From positions 48,621 to 112,620 of the forward strand of contig CAILLO010000077.1 in the NCBI GenBank assembly GCA_903835065.1: DNA of 64,000 nt, read 5' to 3'. Every line of letters starts with the position of its first letter. Within the stretch, counting starts at the first letter, position 1. This stretch comes from an uncultured Eubacteriales bacterium (GTDB taxonomy: Bacteria; Bacillota; Clostridia; Saccharofermentanales; UBA5734). The position numbers and the translations under genes were made by a program. Shown here piece after piece: positions 47,212 through 58,442 of the stretch. Below the pieces are notes generated by a model. The model was not told the DNA's origin and did not search any database. It saw nothing but the letters and a program-made list of their open reading frames with translations.

Positions 47212-48090
47212 CTAGACCCGTCCCAGCCGTCGTCCGGCCGACACGGATTCGCGCACGCCGGGCAGTCCCTGCCGGACGATGTTGCCGATCATGCCCGCAT
47301 CCCTCTTGTACGGGAGCAGGGCGGCCGTGCGGTCGGCGTCCTCCTCCTCGGCGCGGAGCAGGCGTTCCGCCGTTTCACGCCGGGTCTCCGCGGGCAATCC
47401 CGAAAGAGCATTCCACGCCCTATTATCCTCGTCGCGGGCGAGGTCGTCAAACGCATCCAGCAGGAAGATCCAGCGGCCGGTGGAACGGCCCAGCCGGTCC
47501 ATCGCGGCGCGCAGGACGCCATGCGGGAGAGCCTCCGGCTCCCCCTCCGCGGGAAGCGGGACGCAGCGGTCCACGGCCATCGCGAACAGCGTCCCGAGCA
47601 TCCGGCCGAAGATGTCGGCCGCCGCGGGGTCGGGCGCGCGCTTCTCGGCCTCCGAGAGTTCGGCGAGCGAGGCGCGGATGCACTCGGCCTCGGCCGGATA
47701 CGCGCGGCGGGCACTGCGATACGGGCGCGAGAAGGCGATGCGGGCGGCGAATCCCTTCGGGGAGCGCATGTCTCGCACGTCGTCGTCCGCCTTGTGCCAG
47801 GCGAGCATCACGGAGAGGGCCGCGCATAGCGGGAGGGCGCTGCCGCCGCGCATCACGGGCTTCTTCACGACGGGGTTCAGGATGCAGCCCTCGGCGTCCT
47901 CCTGCGTCGCTTCCCCGGAAAGGGAGACGAGGAGCAGCGCGAGGAAGGTCAGGTCGTATCCCGTGGCGAGCCGCGGCAACTGGCCGTACGCGCGGGAGAT
48001 CTCCTTGCAGAGTCCGCAGTAGACGGACCGGTAGCGCGAGAATTCGCGGACGAGTAGGTCGGGCTTTTCGGGGCGGACGTATCCGAACAT
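47212..48090 (-). CDS. DUF5685-like protein
   Basis: 292 aa. The N-terminus MFGYVRPEKPDLLVREFSRYRSVYCGLCKEI matches my recollection of the DUF5685 signature. Confidence 0.7.
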   Translation of the reverse strand: MFGYVRPEKPDLLVREFSRYRSVYCGLCKEISRAYGQLPRLATGYDLTFLALLLVSLSGEATQEDAEGCILNPVVKKPVMRGGSALPLCAALSVMLAWHKADDDVRDMRSPKGFAARIAFSRPYRSARRAYPAEAECIRASLAELSEAEKRAPDPAAADIFGRMLGTLFAMAVDRCVPLPAEGEPEALPHGVLRAAMDRLGRSTGRWIFLLDAFDDLARDEDNRAWNALSGLPAETRRETAERLLRAEEEDADRTAALLPYKRDAGMIGNIVRQGLPGVRESVSAGRRLGRV

Positions 48091-48168
48091 GCGGGTGCTT
48101 CGTGTCTCCTTGCAGGCGGTTCAAGGCTTCCGGGGCTTTCGCCCCCTCTGCCGGGACCGCCGTCGATG

Positions 48169-48177
48169 TGCTATTAT
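48169..48177 (+). promoter_or_regulatory. Extended -10 promoter candidate for gltX
   Basis: TGcTATTAT, 34 nt upstream of the gltX ATG. No good -35 box. Confidence 0.35.
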
Positions 48178-48210
48178 ACTATGAATCGCATCGCAGGAGG
48201 GACGTCCGCC

Positions 48211-49722
48211 ATGACCACCGAATCCACCGTCCGCACGAGATTCGCGCCCAGTCCGACGGGCTTCATGCACGTCGGAAACCTCCGCACGGCGCTCTACGAA
48301 TACCTGATCGCCCGCTCGCTGGGCGGCCGCTTCCTGCTCCGCATCGAGGACACCGACCGCGAGCGCCTCGTCGACGGCGCCGTGGAAGCGGTCTACCGCA
48401 CGCTCGAGCGCGTCGGCTTCCGGCACGACGAAGGTCCGGACGTCGGCGGGGACTATGGCCCATATGTCCAGAGCGAACGCCTGCACCTCTACCGCCCCTT
48501 CGCCGAACAGCTCGTGACGACCGGTCACGCCTACCGCTGCTTCTGCACGAAGGAGCGCCTCGAGTCCCTGCGCGCCCCGGCCGCGGCCGAGGATGAGGGC
48601 GGGGCGGGCGGCTCCTCCGTCTCGGGCTTCCCGGGCGGGTACGACCGCCATTGCCGCGAACTGTCCGAGGCGGAGGTCCGGCGCCTGCTCGACGCCGGCG
48701 CGCCCTTCGTGATCCGCCAGAAGATGCCGCTCGCCGGGTCGACCGTCTTCGAGGACGCCGTCTACGGCAGCATCTCGGTCGCCAACGAGGAGCTCGAGGA
48801 CCAGGTGCTGCTCAAGTCCGACGGGTTCCCGACCTACAACTTCGCGAACGTCGTCGACGACCACCTCATGGCCGTGACGCACGTGGTGCGGGGTTCCGAG
48901 TACCTGTCCTCGACGCCGAAGTACCAGCTGCTGTACGAGGCCTTCGATTGGAAGCCCCCCGTCTACGTGCATCTGCCCGTCGTGAACGGGGCGGACGGCA
49001 AGAAGCTGTCCAAGCGCCACGGCGCCGTCAGTTTCGAGGCTCTGGTCGATGAGGGATACCTCCCCGAGGCGATCGTGAACTACATCGCCCTGCTCGGCTG
49101 GAGCCCCGGCGGCACGCGCGAGCTCTTCACCCTCGATGAGCTGTGCGAGGTCTTCCGGATCGACGGAATCGGCCGTTCCCCGGCCGTGTTCGACTACGAC
49201 CGCCTGCGCTGGTTCAATGGCGAGTATCTCCGGAAGATGGCCCCGGAGGCCTTCCTGGCCGTCGCGGCCCCCTGGCTCGCGGACGCCCTGCCGGGCGGCG
49301 GAGCGGGTCTCGACCTCGGACGGCTCGCCGGCGCCCTGCAGCCGCGCGTCACGCAGATGACCCAGATCCCCGGGCTCGTCTCGTTCTTCCGGGAGCTCCC
49401 GGAGTACGGGATCGGGCTGTATTCGAACGAGAAGATGAAGACGGACCCCGCCCTCGCCGCCGAGATGCTCGGGAAGGCGGAGCAGGAGCTGGCCGGTCTC
49501 GGCGAATGGACGCACGACGCGCTCCACGCCGCGTTGACCGGCCTCGCCCAGCGGGAGGGGCGCAAGAACGGACAGGTCATGTGGCCGGTGCGGATCGCCG
49601 CGTCGGGCACGGAAGTCACCCCGGGCGGCGCGATCGAGATCCTCTCGGTCCTGGGCCGCGACGAATCGCTCCGCCGCATCGCGGCCGGGCGGAGGAAGCT
49701 ACAGGAAGCACTCGGACGATAG
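48211..49722 (+). CDS. gltX: Glutamate--tRNA ligase
   Basis: Start at MTTESTVRTRFAPSPTGFMHVGNLRTAL (AGGAGGGA RBS). Shows the KLSKRHG (KMSKS) motif. Confidence 0.95.
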   Translation: MTTESTVRTRFAPSPTGFMHVGNLRTALYEYLIARSLGGRFLLRIEDTDRERLVDGAVEAVYRTLERVGFRHDEGPDVGGDYGPYVQSERLHLYRPFAEQLVTTGHAYRCFCTKERLESLRAPAAAEDEGGAGGSSVSGFPGGYDRHCRELSEAEVRRLLDAGAPFVIRQKMPLAGSTVFEDAVYGSISVANEELEDQVLLKSDGFPTYNFANVVDDHLMAVTHVVRGSEYLSSTPKYQLLYEAFDWKPPVYVHLPVVNGADGKKLSKRHGAVSFEALVDEGYLPEAIVNYIALLGWSPGGTRELFTLDELCEVFRIDGIGRSPAVFDYDRLRWFNGEYLRKMAPEAFLAVAAPWLADALPGGGAGLDLGRLAGALQPRVTQMTQIPGLVSFFRELPEYGIGLYSNEKMKTDPALAAEMLGKAEQELAGLGEWTHDALHAALTGLAQREGRKNGQVMWPVRIAASGTEVTPGGAIEILSVLGRDESLRRIAAGRRKLQEALGR

Positions 49723-49743
49723 CCCTTCAGGAGGCGGATCGAC

Positions 49744-51420
49744 ATGGAAGAATCCACGAAGAACTTCATCCACGAGGCGATCGAGGGGGACCTCGCGCCG
49801 GGCGGCCGGTTCGCCGGACGCGCTGTGCACACGCGATTCCCCCCCGAGCCCAACGGATACCTTCATATCGGACACGCGAAGGCGATCTGCATCAACTTCA
49901 CGACCGCAGAGAAGTATGGCGGCCTCTGCAATCTGCGCTTCGACGACACGAACCCGACCCGGGAGGACGTCGAGTACGTCGACGCGATCGAGGAGGACAT
50001 CCGCTGGCTCGGCTTCGACTGGAGCGACCGGCTTTTCTTCGGCTCCGACTACGCGCAGCGGATCTATGACACGGCCGAGGACTTCATCCGCAAGGGTCTC
50101 GCCTACGTCGACGACCTGTCGGCCGATGAGATGCGGACGATGCGCGGCACGCTGACCGAACCCGGGACGAACAGCCCGCACCGCGACCGCAGCGTGGAGG
50201 AGAATCTCGGCTTGTTCCGCCGCATGAAGGCGGGCGATTTCGAGCCCGGCGAGAAGGTGCTGCGCGCGAGGATCGACATGGCCTCGGGGAACCTGAATCT
50301 GCGCGATCCGGCGATGTACCGCATCAAGAAGGACACCCACCACCGCACGGGCGACGACTGGTGCATCTACCCGATGTACGACTTCGCGCACCCGCTGCAG
50401 GACGCCGTAGAGGGCATCACGCACTCGCTGTGTTCGCTGGAGTACGAGGACCACCGCCCGCTCTACGACTGGGTCGTGAACCACGCCGACCTCGAGGACC
50501 GGCCGCGCCAGATCGAATTCGCGCGTCTCAACCTGACGGGAACGGTGATGAGCAAGCGCAAGCTGCTCGAACTCGTGACGCGCGGCCTCGTGGACGGCTG
50601 GGACGACCCGCGCATGCCCACGCTGCGCGGCCTGCGCCGCCGCGGCTACACGCCCGCCTCGATCCGCACCTTCTGCGACCGCATCGGCGTGTCGAAGGTC
50701 TACAGCACCGTCGACTCCGCGTTCCTCGAGCACTGCCTGCGCGAGGACCTGAACGCCTCGGCGAACCGCGTGATGGCCGTGCTGCGCCCCGTGAAGCTGG
50801 TCGTCGAGAACTACCCGGACGGAGCGGTCGAGACGTTCGAGGCCGAGAACAACCCGGAACGTCCCGAGAACGGAGTCCGCACGGTCCCCTTCTCCCGCGA
50901 GCTCTGGATCGAGGCCGAGGACTTCTCGGAGGAGCCGCCGAAGGGCTACTTCCGGATGTTCCCGGGCAACGAGGTTCGCCTCAAGCACGCGTACGTCGTG
51001 CGCTGCACCGGCTGCGTCCGGGACGGCGCCGGCCGCGTCGTCGAGGTGCGCTGCACGTACGACCCCGCGACGAAGGGTGGCGACACGCCCGACGGACGCA
51101 AGGTCAAGGGCACGATCCACTGGGTCTCCGCGAAGCATGCGGTCGACGCCGAGGTCCGCCTCTACGACAGCCTCTTCTCGGTGCCCGACCCGGACGCCTC
51201 GGAGGACCGCGACTACAAGGAGCTGCTGAACCCGGACTCGCTCGAGGTGCTGCCGGACTGCAAGTGCGAGCCGTCGCTCGCCGGCGCCGAGGCGCCCGCC
51301 GCCTACCAGTTCCTGCGGCTCGGCTACTTCTGCGTCGACAACCGCGTCTCCCGCCCGGACCGGCTGGTCTTCAACCGCTCGGTCTCCCTGAAGGACGGCT
51401 TCAAGGGGGCCAGGTCATAG
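49744..51420 (+). CDS. glnS: Glutamine--tRNA ligase
   Basis: 558 aa. RFPPEPNGYLHIGHAKA (HIGH), VMSKRKL (KMSKS), and a C-terminal anticodon-binding beta-barrel region. AGGAGG RBS. Confidence 0.95.
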   Translation: MEESTKNFIHEAIEGDLAPGGRFAGRAVHTRFPPEPNGYLHIGHAKAICINFTTAEKYGGLCNLRFDDTNPTREDVEYVDAIEEDIRWLGFDWSDRLFFGSDYAQRIYDTAEDFIRKGLAYVDDLSADEMRTMRGTLTEPGTNSPHRDRSVEENLGLFRRMKAGDFEPGEKVLRARIDMASGNLNLRDPAMYRIKKDTHHRTGDDWCIYPMYDFAHPLQDAVEGITHSLCSLEYEDHRPLYDWVVNHADLEDRPRQIEFARLNLTGTVMSKRKLLELVTRGLVDGWDDPRMPTLRGLRRRGYTPASIRTFCDRIGVSKVYSTVDSAFLEHCLREDLNASANRVMAVLRPVKLVVENYPDGAVETFEAENNPERPENGVRTVPFSRELWIEAEDFSEEPPKGYFRMFPGNEVRLKHAYVVRCTGCVRDGAGRVVEVRCTYDPATKGGDTPDGRKVKGTIHWVSAKHAVDAEVRLYDSLFSVPDPDASEDRDYKELLNPDSLEVLPDCKCEPSLAGAEAPAAYQFLRLGYFCVDNRVSRPDRLVFNRSVSLKDGFKGARS

Positions 51421-51454
51421 AGAAGCGAGCCGGATGCCCGACCGCGACGAAGCG

Positions 51455-51482
51455 AAGGACCGGTCCGCGAGGGCCGGTCCTT
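51455..51482. terminator. Bidirectional terminator hairpin between glnS and the SGNH hydrolase gene
   Basis: AAGGACCGG ... CCGGTCCTT 9-bp stem with a 10-nt loop, followed by CTTCCTG. Confidence 0.55.
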
Positions 51483-51517
51483 CTTCCTGTCCGGGTACGG
51501 GGCGGTCCGCGTCCCCG

Positions 51518-52180
51518 TCAGCTCTCCGCGCCGCCCCAGTCGAAGCCGACCGCGTCGAGGAAAGCCCGGGCGATCGCCGTGTGCCCGAGGATGTTCGGGT
51601 GCACGCGGTCCCATGCGATGTAGGTCGAGTGCCGGTCCGCCACGAGGCGGTCCATCGCGGTCTGCACGTCCACGAACCGCAGCCCGTTCCGCTCCGCCAG
51701 CTCGCGCACGACCGCGCCGCATTCGTCCATCGCGAACCGCATGGCGTCCTCGCGCAGGGGCTCGAGGTAGAAGGGCGACATCAGGACGAGGCCCTTCACG
51801 CGCGGCATCGTGGCGGCGACCAGCGTCTCCAGGTTCCGGCGGTATTCGTCGGGCCGCACGTGCAGTTCGGGCTGGAGCGGCAGGTCGAACCGCCGCCACA
51901 CGTCGTTCGTGCCGATCATGACGACGACCCAGTCGGGCGAAAGCTGCAGGACGTCCCGGTCCCAGCGGGCGACGAGGTCCCGGCTGGTGTTGCCGGACAG
52001 GCCCATGTTCACGACGCGCAGCCCGCGCGACGGGTAGGTCGCCCCGAGAAGTCCCGCGACGACGTTGACCCAGCCGTTGCCGTAGGGGCCGAACAGGCCC
52101 TCCCCGACCGGTTGCGTGCGGCCGCAGTCCGTGATCGAGTCGCCGATGAAGAGGATCTTGCTGTCCGGGGCGATCTGCAT
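51518..52180 (-). CDS. SGNH/GDSL-family hydrolase
   Basis: Start at MQIAPDSKILFIGDSITD (AGGAGGT RBS). Shows GLSGN, GTNDV and DRVHPN blocks. Confidence 0.85.
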   Translation of the reverse strand: MQIAPDSKILFIGDSITDCGRTQPVGEGLFGPYGNGWVNVVAGLLGATYPSRGLRVVNMGLSGNTSRDLVARWDRDVLQLSPDWVVVMIGTNDVWRRFDLPLQPELHVRPDEYRRNLETLVAATMPRVKGLVLMSPFYLEPLREDAMRFAMDECGAVVRELAERNGLRFVDVQTAMDRLVADRHSTYIAWDRVHPNILGHTAIARAFLDAVGFDWGGAES

Positions 52181-52191
52181 GGGGGTACCTC

Positions 52192-54851
<2,660 letters not shown>

Positions 54852-54933
54852 CTCAGTGCTCCTTTCGGGTCGCGGGGACGTTCCGGATACAAGACCAGAA
54901 TACCACAACGGTGGGCGCGGCGCGCCTTTCGGG

Positions 54934-55512
54934 CTACTTCCGCGGCTTCGCCCGGTCCCGGCTCCGCTTCTCGGCCTCGAAGACGAAGTAGCCGCCGGTC
55001 TCGTGGACGCGCACGCCGCCGAAGATGGCCACCAGCTTGTTGCGGTACCACTCCCTGCGCTTCGTGACGAGCAGCATCCGTCCGCCGACCGCGAGCCGGT
55101 TGAAGCCCTTCTCGATGAATTCCTTCGCGACGGAGAAGTCCTCGTGGTAGGGCGGGTTCGACAGGATGCAGGTGAAGCCGGTCTCGGGCAGCGCGCGCAG
55201 CGCGTCGCCGACGTAGGTCGCGATGCCGGGGACGCCGTTGCGTTCCGCGTTGATCCGGGCCATCCGGACGGCCTCCGGGTCCCGGTCGGTCATCACGACG
55301 CGGGCCGCCCCGATCTTGCGGGCGTACCAGATGCCGACCAGGCCGTACCCGCAGCCGAGGTCGAGCACGCGGTCGTCCGGACCCGGTGCGGCGTGCGACA
55401 GCAGGGCCAGGGTCCCGGGGTCGGCCTTGCCGGGAGAGAAGAGTCCCGGCGCCGTTTCGAACGAGAGCACCTCGCCCTGGACCTCGACTTCGAAGGAAGG
55501 GGTCACGCCCAC
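54934..55512 (-). CDS. Class I SAM-dependent methyltransferase (MTS / RsmC-RsmD-like small domain)
   Basis: VLDLGCGYGLVG SAM motif and the NPPYH catalytic motif. GTG start at 55512, or at 55506 (GTGA overlap with the ROK stop). Confidence 0.85.
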   Translation of the reverse strand: MGVTPSFEVEVQGEVLSFETAPGLFSPGKADPGTLALLSHAAPGPDDRVLDLGCGYGLVGIWYARKIGAARVVMTDRDPEAVRMARINAERNGVPGIATYVGDALRALPETGFTCILSNPPYHEDFSVAKEFIEKGFNRLAVGGRMLLVTKRREWYRNKLVAIFGGVRVHETGGYFVFEAEKRSRDRAKPRK

Positions 55513-56738
55513 GTCTCCGCCTCCCTGCCGAACACGCCGGCCAGCGGCAGCGCCGCCGCGCCGATGGCGGATGCGCGCCCGCCGAGTTCCGTGACGACGG
55601 CCGAAGTCCCCGCGAACGACTCCGCGAGCGCGTCGCGCCGCAGTTCCTCGAGGATGCCGGGCAGCAGCCGGGCACCATAGACGGCCATGTCGCGGCCGAA
55701 CACGATGCGCGATGGGTTGAGGGCGTTGACGAGTGGGGCCGCCGCCGCGCCGAGTCGCTTCGCCGTCGCGGCCAGCAGGGCCTCGGAGGCCGCGCGTCGG
55801 GCGGGCTCCGGGCTCTCCAGGAAGGCGAGCAGGTCGCGGGCGGCCGAGTCGGGGCGTTCGGGAATGCCGAGCGCCTCGAGGAGGCGCGGCGTCGCGGCCA
55901 GCGTCTCGAGGCAGCCGGTCCGGCCGCAGCCGCAGAGCGGGCCGTCGGCGTCGGCGGTGACGTGCCCGATCTCTCCGGCGAGCCCGGAGGCGCCGCGGAA
56001 GGGGCGGCCATGCACGAAGAGGCCCGCGCCGATGCCGGAGCGGACGTCGATGCAGAGGAAGTCCTCGTCGTCCTGGCAGGCGCCGGCCCAGTGCTCGCCG
56101 ATCGCGGCCGCGAGCGCCTCGTTCTCGAGGTGCACCGTGAAGGGCACCGGTCCTCCCTCGGGTTGCGCGCCGCCGAAGACCTCGTGGAGCAGCGCCCGGC
56201 GGAGAGGTCCGTCGGCGTCCTCGTCGTGCCAGCCCAGGTTGGGCGCGCGGACGATGCGGCGGCGGTGCGCATCGACGTAGCCCGGCACGGACAGTCCCAC
56301 GCCGGCGAGGCGGCCGGTCGGGACGTCGGTCCCGCGCAGCAGCGTGGCCAGCGCCTTCGCGGCACGGACGGCGAAGGCCGGGAAGGCCGCGCCCTCCGGC
56401 AGTTCCCCGTACGTCGAGCCGGCCACGCGACCCGCGAGGTCGAGCAGCAGCACGTCGTAGCCGCCGCGGTCGACGTCGATGCCGCAGGAATACAGGCCTT
56501 GGGCGCGCAGGCGGAACAGGTCGGGCCGACGTCCGCCGCGGGACTCGCCGGTGCCGACCGGCTCGAGCAGGCCCTCCTCGAGGAGGGCCGCCACGAGCAT
56601 GCCGGCCGAGGCGGGCGTCAGCCCGAGGACGCGCGACAGCTCGGCCTTGGAGCAGGCGCGGGCCCGGCGCACCCGCTCGAGGACCGCGCCTTCGTTGGCC
56701 TGCCGCATGGCGGCGCTGTTGATGCCACGGTGGTTCAT
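55503..56738 (-). CDS. ROK-family transcriptional regulator (NagC/XylR-like)
   Basis: 411 aa. N-terminal winged HTH (ACSKAELSRVLGLTPASAGMLVAAL) and a ROK sugar-kinase-like domain with CGCGRTGCLE. Confidence 0.88.
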   Translation of the reverse strand: MNHRGINSAAMRQANEGAVLERVRRARACSKAELSRVLGLTPASAGMLVAALLEEGLLEPVGTGESRGGRRPDLFRLRAQGLYSCGIDVDRGGYDVLLLDLAGRVAGSTYGELPEGAAFPAFAVRAAKALATLLRGTDVPTGRLAGVGLSVPGYVDAHRRRIVRAPNLGWHDEDADGPLRRALLHEVFGGAQPEGGPVPFTVHLENEALAAAIGEHWAGACQDDEDFLCIDVRSGIGAGLFVHGRPFRGASGLAGEIGHVTADADGPLCGCGRTGCLETLAATPRLLEALGIPERPDSAARDLLAFLESPEPARRAASEALLAATAKRLGAAAAPLVNALNPSRIVFGRDMAVYGARLLPGILEELRRDALAESFAGTSAVVTELGGRASAIGAAALPLAGVFGREAETWA

Positions 56739-56764
56739 GGTCCTATTCTACCCCAACGGGCCGT

Positions 56765-58291
56765 TCAGGCGAGTTCGGAGAGTCGGCGGAAATCGTCCTT
56801 CAAGGACGCGTAGAGTCCGCGATAGAGCGCGTGCCGCGTGCGGTAGGCCTCATGGGCGGCCGGGTCGGGCTGCTGCCGGGACTTGACGGCGACCGTCGCG
56901 TCGCAGGCGGTGCGCACATCCGGGAACATTCCGCCGGCCACGCCGCCCAGAATCGCGGCGCCCAGCGCCGGCCCCTCCGACGAGACCAGCGTCGCGACGC
57001 CCGTGTCGAACATGTCGGCCTGCATGCCGCGCCACAGCACGGACTTGCCGCCGCCGCCCGACGCGCGGACCTCGGAGACCGGGACGCCCATGCCGCGCAG
57101 GAGGTCCATGCAGTCCATCAGGCTGTACCCGACGCCTTCCATGACCGCCCGTACGAATTCCGGACGCCCGTGGCGGGCGGAGATGCCGAAGAAGACGCCG
57201 CGGCAGTTCGGGTCGAGGTGCGGCGTGCGCTCCCCCATCAGGTACGGCAGGTACAGCAGGCCATCCGCTCCCAGCGGGACGCCTTCGGCCTCGCGGTCCA
57301 TCAGGATGTACGGATCGATCCCCTGTCGCTCCGCTTCTGCTTTCTCCGGCTCGCAGAAATGGTCGCGGAACCACTGGAGGGACAGGCCGGCGGCCTGCGT
57401 CACACCCATGACGTGCCAGGCACCCGGAACGGCGTGGCAGAAGGTGTGCACGCGGCCTCCCGGGTCGACGGCCATCCGGTCGAGGTGCGCGAAGACGACG
57501 CCGGACGTGCCGATTGTCGAGGAGACGAGTCCCTCGCGCACGATGCCGTTGCCCACGGCGCCGGCGGCCTGGTCGCCCGCGCCCGCCGCGACCGGCGTGC
57601 CGGCGGCGAGGCCGGTCTCCCGCGCCGCCGCGTCCGAGATGCGGCCGCTGACCTCGCAGGACTCGTAGAGATGGCCCAGCCAGGACGGCTCGACGCCGAG
57701 GTGGCCCAGCATCTCCGCGCTGAATTCGCGCCGGGCGACGTCGACGAGCTGCATACCGCTCGCGTCCGACACGTCGGTCGCGTATTCGCCGGTCAGGCGC
57801 AGGCGCAGGTAGTCCTTGGGCAGCAGGATGCGGCGCACCTTCGCGAAGAGCTCGGGCTCGTGGTTGCGCATCCACAGGATCTTGGAGGCGGTGAAGCCGG
57901 TCAGGGCCGGATTCGCGGTGATCTCGACGAGGCGGGCGGCCCCCACCGAGCGGGTGAGCTGCTCGCATTCGGCGGCGGTGCGCTGGTCGCACCAGAGAAT
58001 CGAGGGACGCAGCACGCGGTCCTGGGCGTCCAGCGCCACGAGGCCGTGCATCTGGCCGGAGAGGCCCACGCCGCGGACGTCGGCGGGTGAGATGCCGGCG
58101 TCGCGAAGCACTTCGCGGACCGTCTCCTTCGCGGCCTTCCACCAGTCCTCGGGGTCCTGCTCCGCCCAGCCGTTGCGCGGCTGGCTCATCGGGTAGAACC
58201 GGGTCGCCGAGCGAATGGCGTGTCCGTTCCTGTCGAACAGCACCGTCTTGGTCGACGAGGTCCCCAGGTCGATTCCGATCATGTAGTCCAT
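56765..58291 (-). CDS. xylB: Xylulokinase (FGGY family)
   Basis: 508 aa. MIGIDLGTSSTK, GWAEQDPEDWW and GGGGKS motifs. GGGAGGAAG RBS. Confidence 0.92.
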   Translation of the reverse strand: MDYMIGIDLGTSSTKTVLFDRNGHAIRSATRFYPMSQPRNGWAEQDPEDWWKAAKETVREVLRDAGISPADVRGVGLSGQMHGLVALDAQDRVLRPSILWCDQRTAAECEQLTRSVGAARLVEITANPALTGFTASKILWMRNHEPELFAKVRRILLPKDYLRLRLTGEYATDVSDASGMQLVDVARREFSAEMLGHLGVEPSWLGHLYESCEVSGRISDAAARETGLAAGTPVAAGAGDQAAGAVGNGIVREGLVSSTIGTSGVVFAHLDRMAVDPGGRVHTFCHAVPGAWHVMGVTQAAGLSLQWFRDHFCEPEKAEAERQGIDPYILMDREAEGVPLGADGLLYLPYLMGERTPHLDPNCRGVFFGISARHGRPEFVRAVMEGVGYSLMDCMDLLRGMGVPVSEVRASGGGGKSVLWRGMQADMFDTGVATLVSSEGPALGAAILGGVAGGMFPDVRTACDATVAVKSRQQPDPAAHEAYRTRHALYRGLYASLKDDFRRLSELA

Positions 58292-58345
58292 GCTTCTTCC
58301 TCCCTTGCGCGCGGCCCTTCGCAGAGTCCGCAGCGGATGCTCCGA

Positions 58346-58386
58346 CTTTATAAATTCATCTTATAAAGCCGTGCCGCAGAATGCAA
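58346..58386 (-). promoter_or_regulatory. xylB promoter with AT-rich palindromic operator candidate
   Basis: Minus strand: TTGCAT (58386-58381), 17-nt spacer, TAAGAT (58363-58358). The perfect inverted repeat CTTTATAA-N7-TTATAAAG (58346-58368) overlaps the -10 box. Confidence 0.45.
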
Positions 58387-58442
58387 CCCCGGATTTCGCG
58401 GAATCGGCGCGTCCGCTGCGGCGAGGCGAGCGGCGGATCGGG

